32,000 nt of DNA from Thermococcus kodakarensis KOD1 (GTDB lineage: Archaea > Methanobacteriota_B > Thermococci > Thermococcales > Thermococcaceae), in NCBI RefSeq assembly GCF_000009965.1, contig NC_006624.1, positions 1,260,001-1,292,000 on the forward strand. Reading direction: 5' to 3'. Below the pieces are notes generated by a model, which searched no databases, had not been told where the DNA came from, and saw nothing but the letters and a program-made list of their open reading frames with translations. The position numbers and the translations under genes were made by a program. Positions 1 to 11,102 of the stretch are shown here, piece after piece. Numbering within the stretch: the first letter of the stretch is position 1; every line of letters begins with the position of its first letter.

Positions 1-2197
<2,197 letters not shown>

Positions 2198-2337
2198 AGT
2201 ATCACCTGGAGTGGTTACACAGCTGAATATTTAACGTTAGCGTGTCCTCAGTTGGGCCTCGGCAAAAAGATGTACATCAACAACGTTGGGGAAAAGTTAA
2301 TTTAACATCACTCGCTAAACATTAAAAGGTGAGCCCG

Positions 2338-2592
2338 ATGGAGTCCTTAAAAAAGGAAGCCGGTTCGGGCATTCTGATGGGCATCGTTGGAGTGCTCCTG
2401 CTGGGGGCAATAATAAAGACCCTCGCAATGCCCGTCAGCGCTGCCCTAAAGCTTGGGGGAGTTATCTTCGACATAGGCGTTGCTGGGCTGGCATGGGTAT
2501 TTCTTGACGAAGCCATTGAAAGTTCTGAATCCGACATATACCGGGCCATTCTGGCAATAGCCGCCGCTATCCTTGTGGCATTTGCGTGGTAA
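2338..2592 (+). CDS. Small integral membrane protein (84 aa, about 3 TM helices), function unknown
   Basis: The ATG at 2338 is preceded by GGTGA (2328-2332). The GTG at 2329 used in the ORF track lies inside that SD. Hydrophobic segments: GILMGIVGVLLLGAII, GGVIFDIGVAGLAWVFL, AILAIAAAILVAFAW. I recognise no family. Confidence 0.6.
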   Translation: MESLKKEAGSGILMGIVGVLLLGAIIKTLAMPVSAALKLGGVIFDIGVAGLAWVFLDEAIESSESDIYRAILAIAAAILVAFAW

Positions 2593-2649
2593 TTCTCCGA
2601 GAGATAAGTCCTTATAAACTTCTTTCCTCAACTTTTCCCGGGTGAGAGA

Positions 2650-4602
2650 ATGAAGGAAGAGATGAGCAGCGTTGACATACGCTATATCGTGCGCGAACTT
2701 CAGTGGCTGGTCGGTTCTCGCGTTGACAAGGTTTACCACGACGGCGACGAGGTGAGGTTCAAGCTGAGGACGAAGGAGGGGAGAGCAGACCTCATCCTGG
2801 AGGCGGGAAAGAGATTTCACCTCACGAGCTACATAAAAGAGGCCCCGAAACAGCCATCGAGCTTCACGATGCTCCTGAGGAAGCACCTTGGAGGAGGCTT
2901 CATAGACGCCATAGAGCAGCACCAGTTCGACAGGATAGTTAAGATCAGAATAGGAAACTACACACTCATCGGTGAGCTCTTCAGGAGGGGCAACATAATC
3001 CTCGTGGATTCCGAAAACAAAATAGTCGCCGCGCTCCGCTACGAGGAGTACAAGGACAGGGCGATAAAGCCGAAGGCGGAGTACAAGTTCCCTCCTGCCA
3101 GAGAGAACCCCCTTGAGGTCTCCTTTGAGAGGTTCCTCGATCTGATGAGGGAAGAGCCTGAGCTTGAGCTCGTCAGGGCTTTGGCGAGGAAGCTCAACAT
3201 GGGCGGGATGTATGCGGAGGAGATTTCCCTGAGGGCGGGCTTCGAGAAGACGACGCCGGTCAAGGAGCTGAGCGACGAAGACCTGAAGAGGGTCTATGAC
3301 GAGATGATAAGAACCTTCAACGACGAGCCCAAGCCGAACATCGTCTTCAAGGACGGGGTTATGCACGACGTCGTCCCGATAGAGCTGAAAATCTACGAGG
3401 GGTTTGAGAAGCGCTACTTCCCCACCTTCAGCGAGGCTCTGGATGAGTACTTCGGGAAGATAACGCTCGAGAAGGCCAAAATAGAGCAGACCAAAAAGCT
3501 CGAAGAGAAGAAGAGGGGGCTGATGGCCACCCTCAGGAAGCAGGAGGAAATGCTCAAGGGCTTTGAAAAGGCCATGAGAGAGAACCAGGAGATAGGCGAT
3601 TTAATCTACGCCAACTACACCCTAATCGAGCGCCTTCTGGAAGAGTTCAGGAAGGCCACCGAAACCCTCGGCTGGGACGAATTCAGGCGGCGGATAGATG
3701 AGGGCAAGAAAACGGGAAACAAGGTCGCGCTCATGGTTAAAGGCATAGACCCAAAGGAGAAGGCCGTAACGATAGAGCTCGACGGCAAGAAGGTAAAGCT
3801 CTACCTTGAGAAGAGCCTGGGCGAGAACGCTGAAATCTACTACGAGAAGGCCAAGAAGTTCAGGCACAAGTATGAAGGAGCCTTAAAGGCCTACGAGGAC
3901 ACGAAGAGGAAGCTGGAGGAGATTGAGAAGCTCATCGAGGAAGAGCAGAAGAAGGAACTGAACGTGAAGAAGCTAGAGAGGAGAAAGAGGAAGTGGTTCG
4001 AGAAGTTCCGCTGGTTCGTCTCGAGCGAGGGCTTTCTGGTTCTGGCTGGAAAGGACGCGAGCACCAACGAGGTTCTCGTCAAGAAACATATGGAGGATAA
4101 CGACCTCTACTGCCACGCGGACGTTTACGGCGCTCCGCACGTCGTCATAAAGGACGGACAGAAAGCCGGGGAGAAGACCATATTCGAGGCCTGCCAGTTT
4201 GCCGTTTCCATGAGCAGGGCCTGGAGCCAGGGCCTCTATTCAGCGGATGCCTACTGGGCCTACCCCAACCAGGTAACGAAGCAGGCCCCGAGCGGCGAGT
4301 ACCTCGGCAAGGGCGCCTTCATGGTCTACGGAAAGAGGAACTGGATGCACGGCCTTCCGCTCAAGCTAGCTGTGGGTGTGATAAACTATGATGGCGAAGA
4401 ATACGTAGTCTGCGCGCCGGTTGAAGCGATTAAGGCCCACACCGACAAATACATTGTCATAAGGCCCGGCTCAATGAAGAAGGGAGAGCTAGTGAAGAAG
4501 CTCCGCGGAATCCTCAAGAAGTGGGGCTATGAGGTAAGGGAAGAAGACCTGAACGCCATCCTCCCGCCGGGAGGGGGAGAGATAGTGGAAGTGGTGGGTT
4601 AG
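2650..4602 (+). CDS. NFACT-family protein (FbpA/Rqc2/NEMF-like, with DUF814/NFACT-R domain)
   Basis: 650-aa ORF. It has an NFACT-N-like N-terminus ([13 protein letters not shown]...FTMLLRKHL), a central Lys/Glu coiled coil (KKLEEKKRG...[14 protein letters not shown]), and the NFACT-R block [66 protein letters not shown] lies at 2641-2648. Confidence 0.88.
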   Translation: MKEEMSSVDIRYIVRELQWLVGSRVDKVYHDGDEVRFKLRTKEGRADLILEAGKRFHLTSYIKEAPKQPSSFTMLLRKHLGGGFIDAIEQHQFDRIVKIRIGNYTLIGELFRRGNIILVDSENKIVAALRYEEYKDRAIKPKAEYKFPPARENPLEVSFERFLDLMREEPELELVRALARKLNMGGMYAEEISLRAGFEKTTPVKELSDEDLKRVYDEMIRTFNDEPKPNIVFKDGVMHDVVPIELKIYEGFEKRYFPTFSEALDEYFGKITLEKAKIEQTKKLEEKKRGLMATLRKQEEMLKGFEKAMRENQEIGDLIYANYTLIERLLEEFRKATETLGWDEFRRRIDEGKKTGNKVALMVKGIDPKEKAVTIELDGKKVKLYLEKSLGENAEIYYEKAKKFRHKYEGALKAYEDTKRKLEEIEKLIEEEQKKELNVKKLERRKRKWFEKFRWFVSSEGFLVLAGKDASTNEVLVKKHMEDNDLYCHADVYGAPHVVIKDGQKAGEKTIFEACQFAVSMSRAWSQGLYSADAYWAYPNQVTKQAPSGEYLGKGAFMVYGKRNWMHGLPLKLAVGVINYDGEEYVVCAPVEAIKAHTDKYIVIRPGSMKKGELVKKLRGILKKWGYEVREEDLNAILPPGGGEIVEVVG

Positions 4603-5015
4603 ACGAGCTCCTTCCCGGTTCCCGTCATGACGAGTTTGCCGTGCTTCACTCCCTTGAGGCTCAGGAGCCTGTCCGCGATTTCTTTTATCCTCTTGGCCTT
4701 CCCCTTGACTATAACAACCTCAAGGCAGTTGTGTTCGTCCATATGGACGTGAATGCTTGAGATTATCTCGTTGAGATAGTCATGCTGGAGATCGAGGAGC
4801 TCCTTAACAACGTCAGCTTCATCATGGTTGTAGAGCATCGTTATCGTTCCGGCCACCTCTTTATCGCCCGCTTCCCATTCGTGCCGCACTATGAAGTCCC
4901 TCATGAGGTCCCTTATCGCCTCGCTCCTGTTAACGTAGCCCTTCTCCGCTATTATCTGATCGAACTTCTCAAGGAGTTCTTCAGGCACGGACACACCAAA
5001 TCTTATGATCTTCAT
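4599..5015 (-). CDS. nikR: Nickel-responsive transcriptional regulator NikR (ribbon-helix-helix plus metal-binding ACT-like domain)
   Basis: 138 aa. The RHH N-terminus is [39 protein letters not shown]. The C-domain has the His/Cys cluster [13 protein letters not shown] typical of the NikR high-affinity Ni site. A GGTGGTGG SD lies directly upstream of the ATG at 5015. Confidence 0.9.
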   Translation of the reverse strand: MKIIRFGVSVPEELLEKFDQIIAEKGYVNRSEAIRDLMRDFIVRHEWEAGDKEVAGTITMLYNHDEADVVKELLDLQHDYLNEIISSIHVHMDEHNCLEVVIVKGKAKRIKEIADRLLSLKGVKHGKLVMTGTGKELV

Positions 5016-5085
5016 GCCACCACCTTTACGGTGTTCTCGCAGAAGTTAAAAAGGTGTTCGAAGAATAGTTCCGCCGGGGGTAGGA

Positions 5086-5532
5086 ATGGGAGTCGAAGAG
5101 CTCTATCAGATAGCCAAGGGAGAATTCGCGGAGGACTTAATCTTCGAGTTGGATGGGAACCCAATCACTGTCTCCATAAAGGGCCTGCTCCTGGCGAGAG
5201 TTAAATCAAGCACGTACAACTTTTCGTTCTTCGAGGTAACCGAGACCGAGAGCGTTCTCGCCGTTCAAATGAAGGACTTCGTTGTTTACATCGCCTTTGA
5301 AACGGACGAAGAACTCAGTGACGAAGAGTTCGCGGAAATAGGAAAGGCCCTCCTGGAGTATCTAACCCCAAAGATAGCACTGCTGACAACGAAGGCGGAG
5401 AAGTTCTACGGTGGGAAGGCCGATATCCTGCTCGATGATGGCATGAGTTCTGACTTGAGGGAGTTTATGTACTCCCTCCTCCTAAAGCACAGGAAGGGTG
5501 AGAGTCCATACGAACAGACCGAGGTCGCTTAG
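5086..5532 (+). CDS. Hypothetical acidic cytosolic protein (148 aa)
   Basis: ORF from the track, with an ATG start 37 nt downstream of the centre of a TATA-like TTAAAAA (5046-5052). Codon usage looks like the neighbouring genes. No recognisable motif. Confidence 0.7.
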   Translation: MGVEELYQIAKGEFAEDLIFELDGNPITVSIKGLLLARVKSSTYNFSFFEVTETESVLAVQMKDFVVYIAFETDEELSDEEFAEIGKALLEYLTPKIALLTTKAEKFYGGKADILLDDGMSSDLREFMYSLLLKHRKGESPYEQTEVA

Positions 5533-5542
5533 GGTGGTGGAA

Positions 5543-6331
5543 ATGAGCAGGCTTTCAAAAATCGCTGGGATTATACTAGCCGTTTTGGTGGTTCTAAGTG
5601 CCGTTTGGTACTTAAAATATTACAGAATAGAACCCGTGCCAAAACCCCCACTTTGGGGCCTCTCCGACCCCCCAGTTCTTGAGAACTTAACGTGGGTTGC
5701 AGAGGGAAACGTTGAGATAGCAAACACGACCATGTCATTGGCCTCTAGAGTTTACGGAGATTCATTGAAGCAGTTGAAACTCCTGGGGTACTCAATAAAC
5801 TCCGGAAACTGGAGCAGTACCACCTGCCAGTGGAGCCTTTGGACAAGAGGGGAAAGAGCTTACTACCTGGCATACAACGGCACCAGATTTCTCTCCATCA
5901 GGGGTGGGCCAAACGATGTCATCAACGCCACTGAAAGGCAGTGGCTCTGTGGCAGACCATTGGATTCGAGCCCGATAAATGCCCCAACTCCAGAGACGAT
6001 ACTTCTAAGGCAAGCGATGTACGTGGCAAACAGGCTTATGGAGAATAACATCTCAGTAGGGGCGGGAACCTGGGCTGGACCGATGCCCGATTGGTACCTA
6101 TCGAAGATAAACTTCAGGGTTAACGTAGGCGACGGCGTCGACGTGTTGATGCTCCTGTACTCAAGCGAAGACCAAGTAAAATACGCTGAATACATTATGA
6201 AAAAGGAGGACAGGGGCCTGCACTTTCTCAGTGGTGATGCCGAGGATTACAGGGTGTTAATAGCTTTGAAAGGCAGGAAAGCCGACGTAAAAGCCGTGGA
6301 GACGGCACTCCAAGGTCCGCCAGTTAGATGA
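5543..6331 (+). CDS. Hypothetical N-terminally membrane-anchored extracellular protein (262 aa) with multiple N-x-S/T sequons
   Basis: The ATG at 5543 is preceded by GGTGGTGG (5534-5541). It starts 10 nt after the stop of the upstream gene. The N-terminus MSRLSKIAGIILAVLVVLSAVWYL is one TM/signal anchor. Sequons: NLT, NTT, NWS, NGT, NAT, NIS. The longer track ORF (5498) overlaps the upstream gene and lacks an SD. Confidence 0.7.
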   Translation: MSRLSKIAGIILAVLVVLSAVWYLKYYRIEPVPKPPLWGLSDPPVLENLTWVAEGNVEIANTTMSLASRVYGDSLKQLKLLGYSINSGNWSSTTCQWSLWTRGERAYYLAYNGTRFLSIRGGPNDVINATERQWLCGRPLDSSPINAPTPETILLRQAMYVANRLMENNISVGAGTWAGPMPDWYLSKINFRVNVGDGVDVLMLLYSSEDQVKYAEYIMKKEDRGLHFLSGDAEDYRVLIALKGRKADVKAVETALQGPPVR

Positions 6332-6554
6332 AACGCCAAAATTTTAGTCTCGCTTTTGTCTTTTTCTGTCATTTTTACCAATACGCGAGCAAAAGACATA
6401 TAAAGCTCGAACTCTTCAGAGCTTCGATGCCCAATGACAGCCAGGAGTGATTGTTTTTGGTGTTAGGAGTTTGCCCCTTCTCAAGATGGTTAGCCTGAAA
6501 ACTGACGGGCGGGATCGTTTTTGGAGTGATTAGGGGGGCCTGCTTTTGGCCTCT

Positions 6555-6609
6555 GCTGTGAAGGTACCAAAACTTCTAGCTTAGCATTAACGTTCTTCGT
6601 CTTCACAGC
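6555..6609. repeat. Perfect 9-bp inverted repeat GCTGTGAAG (6555-6563) / CTTCACAGC (6601-6609) with a 37-nt spacer, inside the trpB2 upstream region
   Basis: Read directly from the sequence. Two further G-U pairs are possible at the RNA level (6564/6600, 6565/6599). Confidence 0.8.
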
Positions 6610-6690
6610 TTTCACGCTCATTATTCCCTCGTTTTTGGGATTTGTTCTTTCCAAAGCGGAGTTTAGCTCAAAAACTCTGGAGGCGTTAGA

Positions 6691-8019
6691 ATGAAAGCCG
6701 TTCTGCCCGATTCGAAGATACCAAAGAGGTGGTACAACATCCTGCCCGACCTCCCTGAACCGCTGGCGCCACCGCTCGACCCCGAGACAGACGAGCCTAT
6801 GGAGCCGGAGAAGCTCCTAAGGATTTTCGCGGAGGAGCTGGTGAAACAGGAAATGAGCACGGATAGGTACATTGAAATCCCGAAAGAAGTCAGAGAGATC
6901 TACTCCAAAATAGGCCGCCCAACCCCTCTCTTCCGCGCCACAAACCTTGAGAGAGCCCTCGGCACTCCAGCGAGGATATACTTCAAGTATGAGGGGGCAA
7001 CGGTAACGGGAAGCCACAAGATAAACACCGCCCTAGCTCAGGCTTACTACGCCAAGAGGCAGGGAATAGAAAGGCTCGTAACCGAGACTGGAGCAGGCCA
7101 GTGGGGAACTGCCCTAAGCCTCGCCGGGGCACTTCTTGGTCTCAATGTAAGGGTGTACATGGCGAGGGCGAGCTACCAGCAGAAGCCCTACAGGAAGACC
7201 ATAATGCGCTTGTATGGTGCTGAAATCTATCCGAGTCCAAGCGATAGAACAGAGATAGGCAGAAAGTTCCTGGCCGAGGATCCAAACCACCCCGGAGGTC
7301 TCGGTATAGCGATAAGCGAGGCCATCGAAGACGTTTTAAGGGACGAAAAGGCCCGCTACGCCCTGGGAAGCGTCCTCAACCACGTCCTCATGCACCAGAC
7401 CGTCATAGGTCTTGAGGCCCAGGAGCAGATGAAGGAGTTCGAAGAGCCCGACGTTATAATCGGCTGTGTAGGCGGAGGAAGCAACTTCGCAGGCTTGGCT
7501 TATCCGTTCGTCAGAGACGTTCTGAAAGGAGAGGCTGAATATGAGTTCATAGCGGTTGAGCCTAAGGCCGCTCCCTCGATGACGAGGGGAGTTTACAAGT
7601 ACGACTACGGTGATTCCGGAGGATACACGCCGAAAATGAAGATGCACACCCTCGGCCACACATACTACGTCCCGCCGATTCACGCTGGCGGCCTGCGCTA
7701 TCACGGACTTGCTCCGACTCTCAGCGTCCTGATAAACCACGGGATAGTTAAGCCCGTTGCCTACCACCAGAACGAGGTCTTCCAGGCGGCTCACCTCTTC
7801 GCGAAGACTGAGGGGATAGTTCCAGCTCCAGAGAGCGCCCACGCCATCAAAGGGGCCATAGACCGCGCCCTGGAGGCAAAGCGGGAAGGACGTGAAGAGG
7901 TCATACTCTTCAACCTCAGCGGGCACGGCTTCCTCGACCTTAAGGGCTACGAGGACTATCTGGATGGAAAGCTTGAGGACTACGAGCCGGAGCACTTCCC
8001 GGCCCTGGATAACTACTGA
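6691..8019 (+). CDS. trpB2: Tryptophan synthase beta-chain-like PLP enzyme, TrpB2 class (stand-alone)
   Basis: 442 aa. It has the characteristic TrpB2 N-terminal extension [33 protein letters not shown], the PLP-lysine block [14 protein letters not shown], and [11 protein letters not shown] and NLSGHG blocks. A GGAGG SD lies at 6680-6684. There is no trpA next to it. Confidence 0.9.
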   Translation: MKAVLPDSKIPKRWYNILPDLPEPLAPPLDPETDEPMEPEKLLRIFAEELVKQEMSTDRYIEIPKEVREIYSKIGRPTPLFRATNLERALGTPARIYFKYEGATVTGSHKINTALAQAYYAKRQGIERLVTETGAGQWGTALSLAGALLGLNVRVYMARASYQQKPYRKTIMRLYGAEIYPSPSDRTEIGRKFLAEDPNHPGGLGIAISEAIEDVLRDEKARYALGSVLNHVLMHQTVIGLEAQEQMKEFEEPDVIIGCVGGGSNFAGLAYPFVRDVLKGEAEYEFIAVEPKAAPSMTRGVYKYDYGDSGGYTPKMKMHTLGHTYYVPPIHAGGLRYHGLAPTLSVLINHGIVKPVAYHQNEVFQAAHLFAKTEGIVPAPESAHAIKGAIDRALEAKREGREEVILFNLSGHGFLDLKGYEDYLDGKLEDYEPEHFPALDNY

Positions 8020-8026
8020 TTTAGCT

Positions 8027-8067
8027 CCTTCCTTTTTTCCTTTACAGAGCCATTAGAAAAAAGAAGG
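8027..8067. terminator. Bidirectional terminator-like element between convergent trpB2 and asd
   Basis: CCTTCCTTTTTT (8027-8038) and AAAAAAGAAGG (8057-8067) are nearly complementary arms. They present a T6 run to each converging transcript. Oligo-T is the known archaeal termination signal. Confidence 0.5.
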
Positions 8068-8069
8068 GG

Positions 8070-9077
8070 CTACTTCAGATAGCCGAGCTTATAAGCCAGC
8101 TCGGCGTTGAGAACCGAACCTCCAGCGGCACCCCTGACGAGGTTGTGGCCCGTTACCACGTACTTGAAGCTCCCGCTGCTCCCCTCAAGCCTCCCGACCG
8201 TAACGGTTAGGCCCCTTCCCCTGTCCCTGTGGAGCCGCGGCTGGGGAACATCGGAGTAGACGAGGGGCCTCTCGTAGCTTGGAAGGCCGAGCTCTCCAAG
8301 CGGGTCGAAGGATTCGAAGGCCTCCCTGACCTCCTCTAGGCTTCCCTCTTCAAGCTTGACAAAGACAGCCTCAGTGTGCCCGTGTAGCACTGGAACGCGG
8401 GTAGCCATTGCGCTTATTCTGAATTCGGCGGGCTTTACCTCCACTCCGTCGAGCTCGCCGAGGATCTTCCTGCTCTCGTTTTCGATCTTCCACTCCTCCC
8501 CTGGGATGGAGGGAATCACGTTGTCCTGGATTGCCAGGGCAGAGAGGCCAGAATAACCTGCCCCGCTTATTGCCTGCATCGTCGCCACTTTGACCTCCCT
8601 GATTCCGAAACCGCGGAGCGCCGCGAGCGAGACCGTGAGTATGGCCGTCGAGCAGTTCGGGTTCGTCACTATGAAGCCTTCCCAGCCCCTCCTCTCCCTC
8701 TGAACCTCTATCAGCTCAAGGTGCTCCAGATTTACCTCGGGAACTAATATGGGCACGTCAGGATCGTAGCGGTGGCTCCTCGCGTTGGTGAACACAGGAA
8801 GGCTTTGAGCTAGCTCCCCCTCCACCTCCCTTGAGATCGATGCTGGGAGGGCGTTGAAGACAATGTCAACGTCCGGGTCTCTGAGAAATTCAGGGAGGGA
8901 AGTCACCTCCACATCTCTGAACTCCTCTGGCGAATCATCGACCAGCTCTCCGTACTTCCTTCCGGCACTCCTCTCAGAGGCAACCAGTTTCTCAACTCTG
9001 AACCAGGGATGGCCAGCAAGAAGCCTCACGAAAGTTCTCCCGACCATTCCCGTGGCACCGAGAACGGCAACCCTCAT
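8070..9077 (-). CDS. asd: Aspartate-semialdehyde dehydrogenase
   Basis: MRVAVLGATGMVGR is a Rossmann N-terminus. The active-site block is IVTNPNCSTAIL. The ATG at 9077 is preceded by GGAGGTG. The 9-codon extension in the track (to 9104) would overlap thrB. Confidence 0.9.
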   Translation of the reverse strand: MRVAVLGATGMVGRTFVRLLAGHPWFRVEKLVASERSAGRKYGELVDDSPEEFRDVEVTSLPEFLRDPDVDIVFNALPASISREVEGELAQSLPVFTNARSHRYDPDVPILVPEVNLEHLELIEVQRERRGWEGFIVTNPNCSTAILTVSLAALRGFGIREVKVATMQAISGAGYSGLSALAIQDNVIPSIPGEEWKIENESRKILGELDGVEVKPAEFRISAMATRVPVLHGHTEAVFVKLEEGSLEEVREAFESFDPLGELGLPSYERPLVYSDVPQPRLHRDRGRGLTVTVGRLEGSSGSFKYVVTGHNLVRGAAGGSVLNAELAYKLGYLK

Positions 9078-9094
9078 TTCGACACCTCCAAAGC

Positions 9095-9973
9095 TTAAAG
9101 CCAAAACGCACCAACCCCTGCGCGGGTAATGTAAACCTCGGCATCGACGCCGATCTCCAGAAAGGCCTCGGCAATCGCTTTCCCAATGGCGTGAAGATCT
9201 TCACCCAGCGCGAAGATAGCGGGCCCCGAGCCAGACACAAAGGCCCCGTAGGCACCTGCATCAAGGGCGGCTTTCCAGACCCTTGCGAACCACGGCATTA
9301 GCCTCAGCCTGTAGGGAAGGGCTATCCTGTCTTCAAGAAGCCTCCCCACGGTTTGGACGTCTCCGCTCGTTAAGGCCTTAACCAGGGCCCCTGCGAGTGC
9401 CACATTTCTTACCGCGTCGCCCATCGGAACCCTCTCGGGCAGAATCCTTCTGGCTTCTCTAGTTGGAACCTCAATCTGAGGCAGAACAACCACCAGCGGA
9501 AAATCAACTGGTATTCTATGAACCCTCAAGGGGTTAAGGGACTCGATTATCGTGAAGTCTCCATAGTAAGCCGGAACCACGTTGTCCCCGTGAGCACTTC
9601 CCGAGGCAGCTTCCTCTCCCGCGAGTGCCGCCTTTATTATCAGCCCATCATCCTCGATGCCCAGAACCCTTGCCGCCGCCAACGCTCCTGCTAGGGATGA
9701 TGCCCCCGAACTACCGAGCCCGCTCCTTGGCCTTATCTCCTTTCTGAGCTTCATCCGTAGGTAAAGTTCCTCACCGACAAGCGTAGCGAGGGCCCTTGCC
9801 GCAACGACCGCCACGTTCCTCCCGTCGGTAGGGACGTCGTAACCCTCCACCTCAATCTCCCATTCGTCAGATTCCACGAACTTGAGCTCATCGTAGGGTT
9901 CCCCTATCCCTACGCCGAAGACGTCGAAACCCGGCCCGAAGTTCGCTATTGTCGCTGGAACCCTGATTCGCAT
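9095..9973 (-). CDS. thrB: Homoserine kinase (GHMP kinase family)
   Basis: MRIRVPATIANFGPGFDVFG is the N-terminus. The GHMP motif is PRSGLGSSGASSLAGA. The ATG at 9973 follows a GGGGTGGGGG SD-like run. The track start at 10018 would overlap the aspartate kinase gene by 17 nt. Confidence 0.88.
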   Translation of the reverse strand: MRIRVPATIANFGPGFDVFGVGIGEPYDELKFVESDEWEIEVEGYDVPTDGRNVAVVAARALATLVGEELYLRMKLRKEIRPRSGLGSSGASSLAGALAAARVLGIEDDGLIIKAALAGEEAASGSAHGDNVVPAYYGDFTIIESLNPLRVHRIPVDFPLVVVLPQIEVPTREARRILPERVPMGDAVRNVALAGALVKALTSGDVQTVGRLLEDRIALPYRLRLMPWFARVWKAALDAGAYGAFVSGSGPAIFALGEDLHAIGKAIAEAFLEIGVDAEVYITRAGVGAFWL

Positions 9974-10001
9974 ATCCCCCACCCCACGGAACGGAAGACC
10001 T

Positions 10002-11102
10002 CTAAACGTTGCCAGCACTGACTCCCCCGCGGATAATGGACAGAGCCCTCGGCGGGCTTATTCTGTCCGCTATCAGCCGAAGATGTATGAGATTGAGGGT
10101 ACTCCCTAGGCGGGCACTCGGGACGGTCAGCCTGACCAGGGGAATACCCAGTTCAGAACCGTTTTCTCCATCAAAGCCTGGAACTTCCGCAACTCCGACA
10201 GCGGTTATAACCGCCTCCTCGCCGGCTACCCTGTGGACCAGGATCGGCAGGCTGGACGACTCGTAGCCCGCTATTGTTCCGATACTCCAGTCCCTCGTTC
10301 TGCCGAAGATTATGGGGATACCCCTCACGACATCAATTGCTCCGTGGTGTATCGCCTTCATCCCGGCCTTTGATGCCACGTAGAGCTCGTCGTAGGACAC
10401 GAAGGGAATAAGCCTTGCTGAGACGACTCTTCTTGGATCCGCCGTGTAAATGCCGTCGACGCCGCTCATTATCAGGACGGCCCTCGCTTTCAATCCTTTA
10501 CCGAGAACCGCGGCGGTGTAGTCGCTCCCCTCCCTTCCGAGGGTCGTTCTGAGGCCGTTGTAAGAGCCGACGAAGCCTGGAACGACGGCAACCCTACCCC
10601 TCTCCAACGCCTCCTCCACGACCTTGAGGTTTCTGGAGGTCTTCGCTATGTCAACCCTGGCGTTACCGAAGTTCCCGTCGGTCTCTAGTATTTCCCATGG
10701 CTCAAAGAGTTCCACCTGTATGCCCTCCCGCCTCAAAGCCTCAGCAAACGCCAGCCCCGAAAGCCACTCCCCGTAGGAGAGCACGTGGTCCCTGTAGGCC
10801 TCAAAGGAGGGGAAATCCTCTCTTGAGAGTTTTTTAAGCTCCCTCAATGGAGCGGCGAGGGTCTCAAAGGGAATCCCGTACTTCTTCGCGAAGTCCCTGT
10901 GGACCTTCTCTATCCATTCAAAGCCCTCCCCAGTTCTTGAAAATTTTAATAGGGCGTCGGTAACGCCCTTAATCGCCGAAACCACCAGGGCCACTTCGTT
11001 CTCGTCCCAGAGGCGGGAGACGAAGGTAACCGCCTCCCTAAAGTCGTCCCTGACCGAGGTCCCTCCGAACTTGACCACGAGTCTCCCGCCCGAGTAGAGC
11101 AC
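10002..11102 (-). CDS. lysC: Aspartate kinase (short form, 366 aa)
   Basis: The amino-acid kinase signature is LVVKFGGTSV. GREGSDYTAA is present. The GTG start shares 1 nt with the TAG stop of the upstream metE-like gene (TAGTG), which suggests translational coupling. Confidence 0.85.
   Translation of the reverse strand: MLYSGGRLVVKFGGTSVRDDFREAVTFVSRLWDENEVALVVSAIKGVTDALLKFSRTGEGFEWIEKVHRDFAKKYGIPFETLAAPLRELKKLSREDFPSFEAYRDHVLSYGEWLSGLAFAEALRREGIQVELFEPWEILETDGNFGNARVDIAKTSRNLKVVEEALERGRVAVVPGFVGSYNGLRTTLGREGSDYTAAVLGKGLKARAVLIMSGVDGIYTADPRRVVSARLIPFVSYDELYVASKAGMKAIHHGAIDVVRGIPIIFGRTRDWSIGTIAGYESSSLPILVHRVAGEEAVITAVGVAEVPGFDGENGSELGIPLVRLTVPSARLGSTLNLIHLRLIADRISPPRALSIIRGGVSAGNV

Noticed and set aside
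2446-3366. 306-aa minus-strand ORF opposite the NFACT gene. Similar long antisense ORFs lie at 7336-7995, 11327-12145, 12621-13244, 16628-17386, 25195-25803 and 27030-27791.
   Set aside because: Each lies entirely inside a gene with strong family signatures on the other strand. Each has Leu/Arg/Val/Ser-rich, low-complexity 'shadow' composition, no SD or promoter, and no motif. This is typical of stop-codon-poor antisense frames in GC-biased codon usage.
6420-6535. Two mini-ORFs (MTARSDCFWC, MVSLKTDGRDRFWSD) ending in similar FW(C/S) peptides in the trpB2 upstream spacer, considered as leader peptides.
   Set aside because: Neither has an SD or Trp-codon enrichment beyond a single W. The similarity stems from the repeated DNA motif GTTTTTGG. 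Attenuation by leader peptides is not established in archaea.
9078-10018. N-terminal extensions offered by the ORF track for asd (to 9104) and thrB (to 10018). The same applies to COG1325 (to 16629), rpl15e (to 20527), the 5498 start and the 2329 start.
   Set aside because: In each case an internal ATG preceded by a GGTGA/GGAGG SD reproduces the conserved family N-terminus. The extension overlaps the upstream gene or the SD itself.
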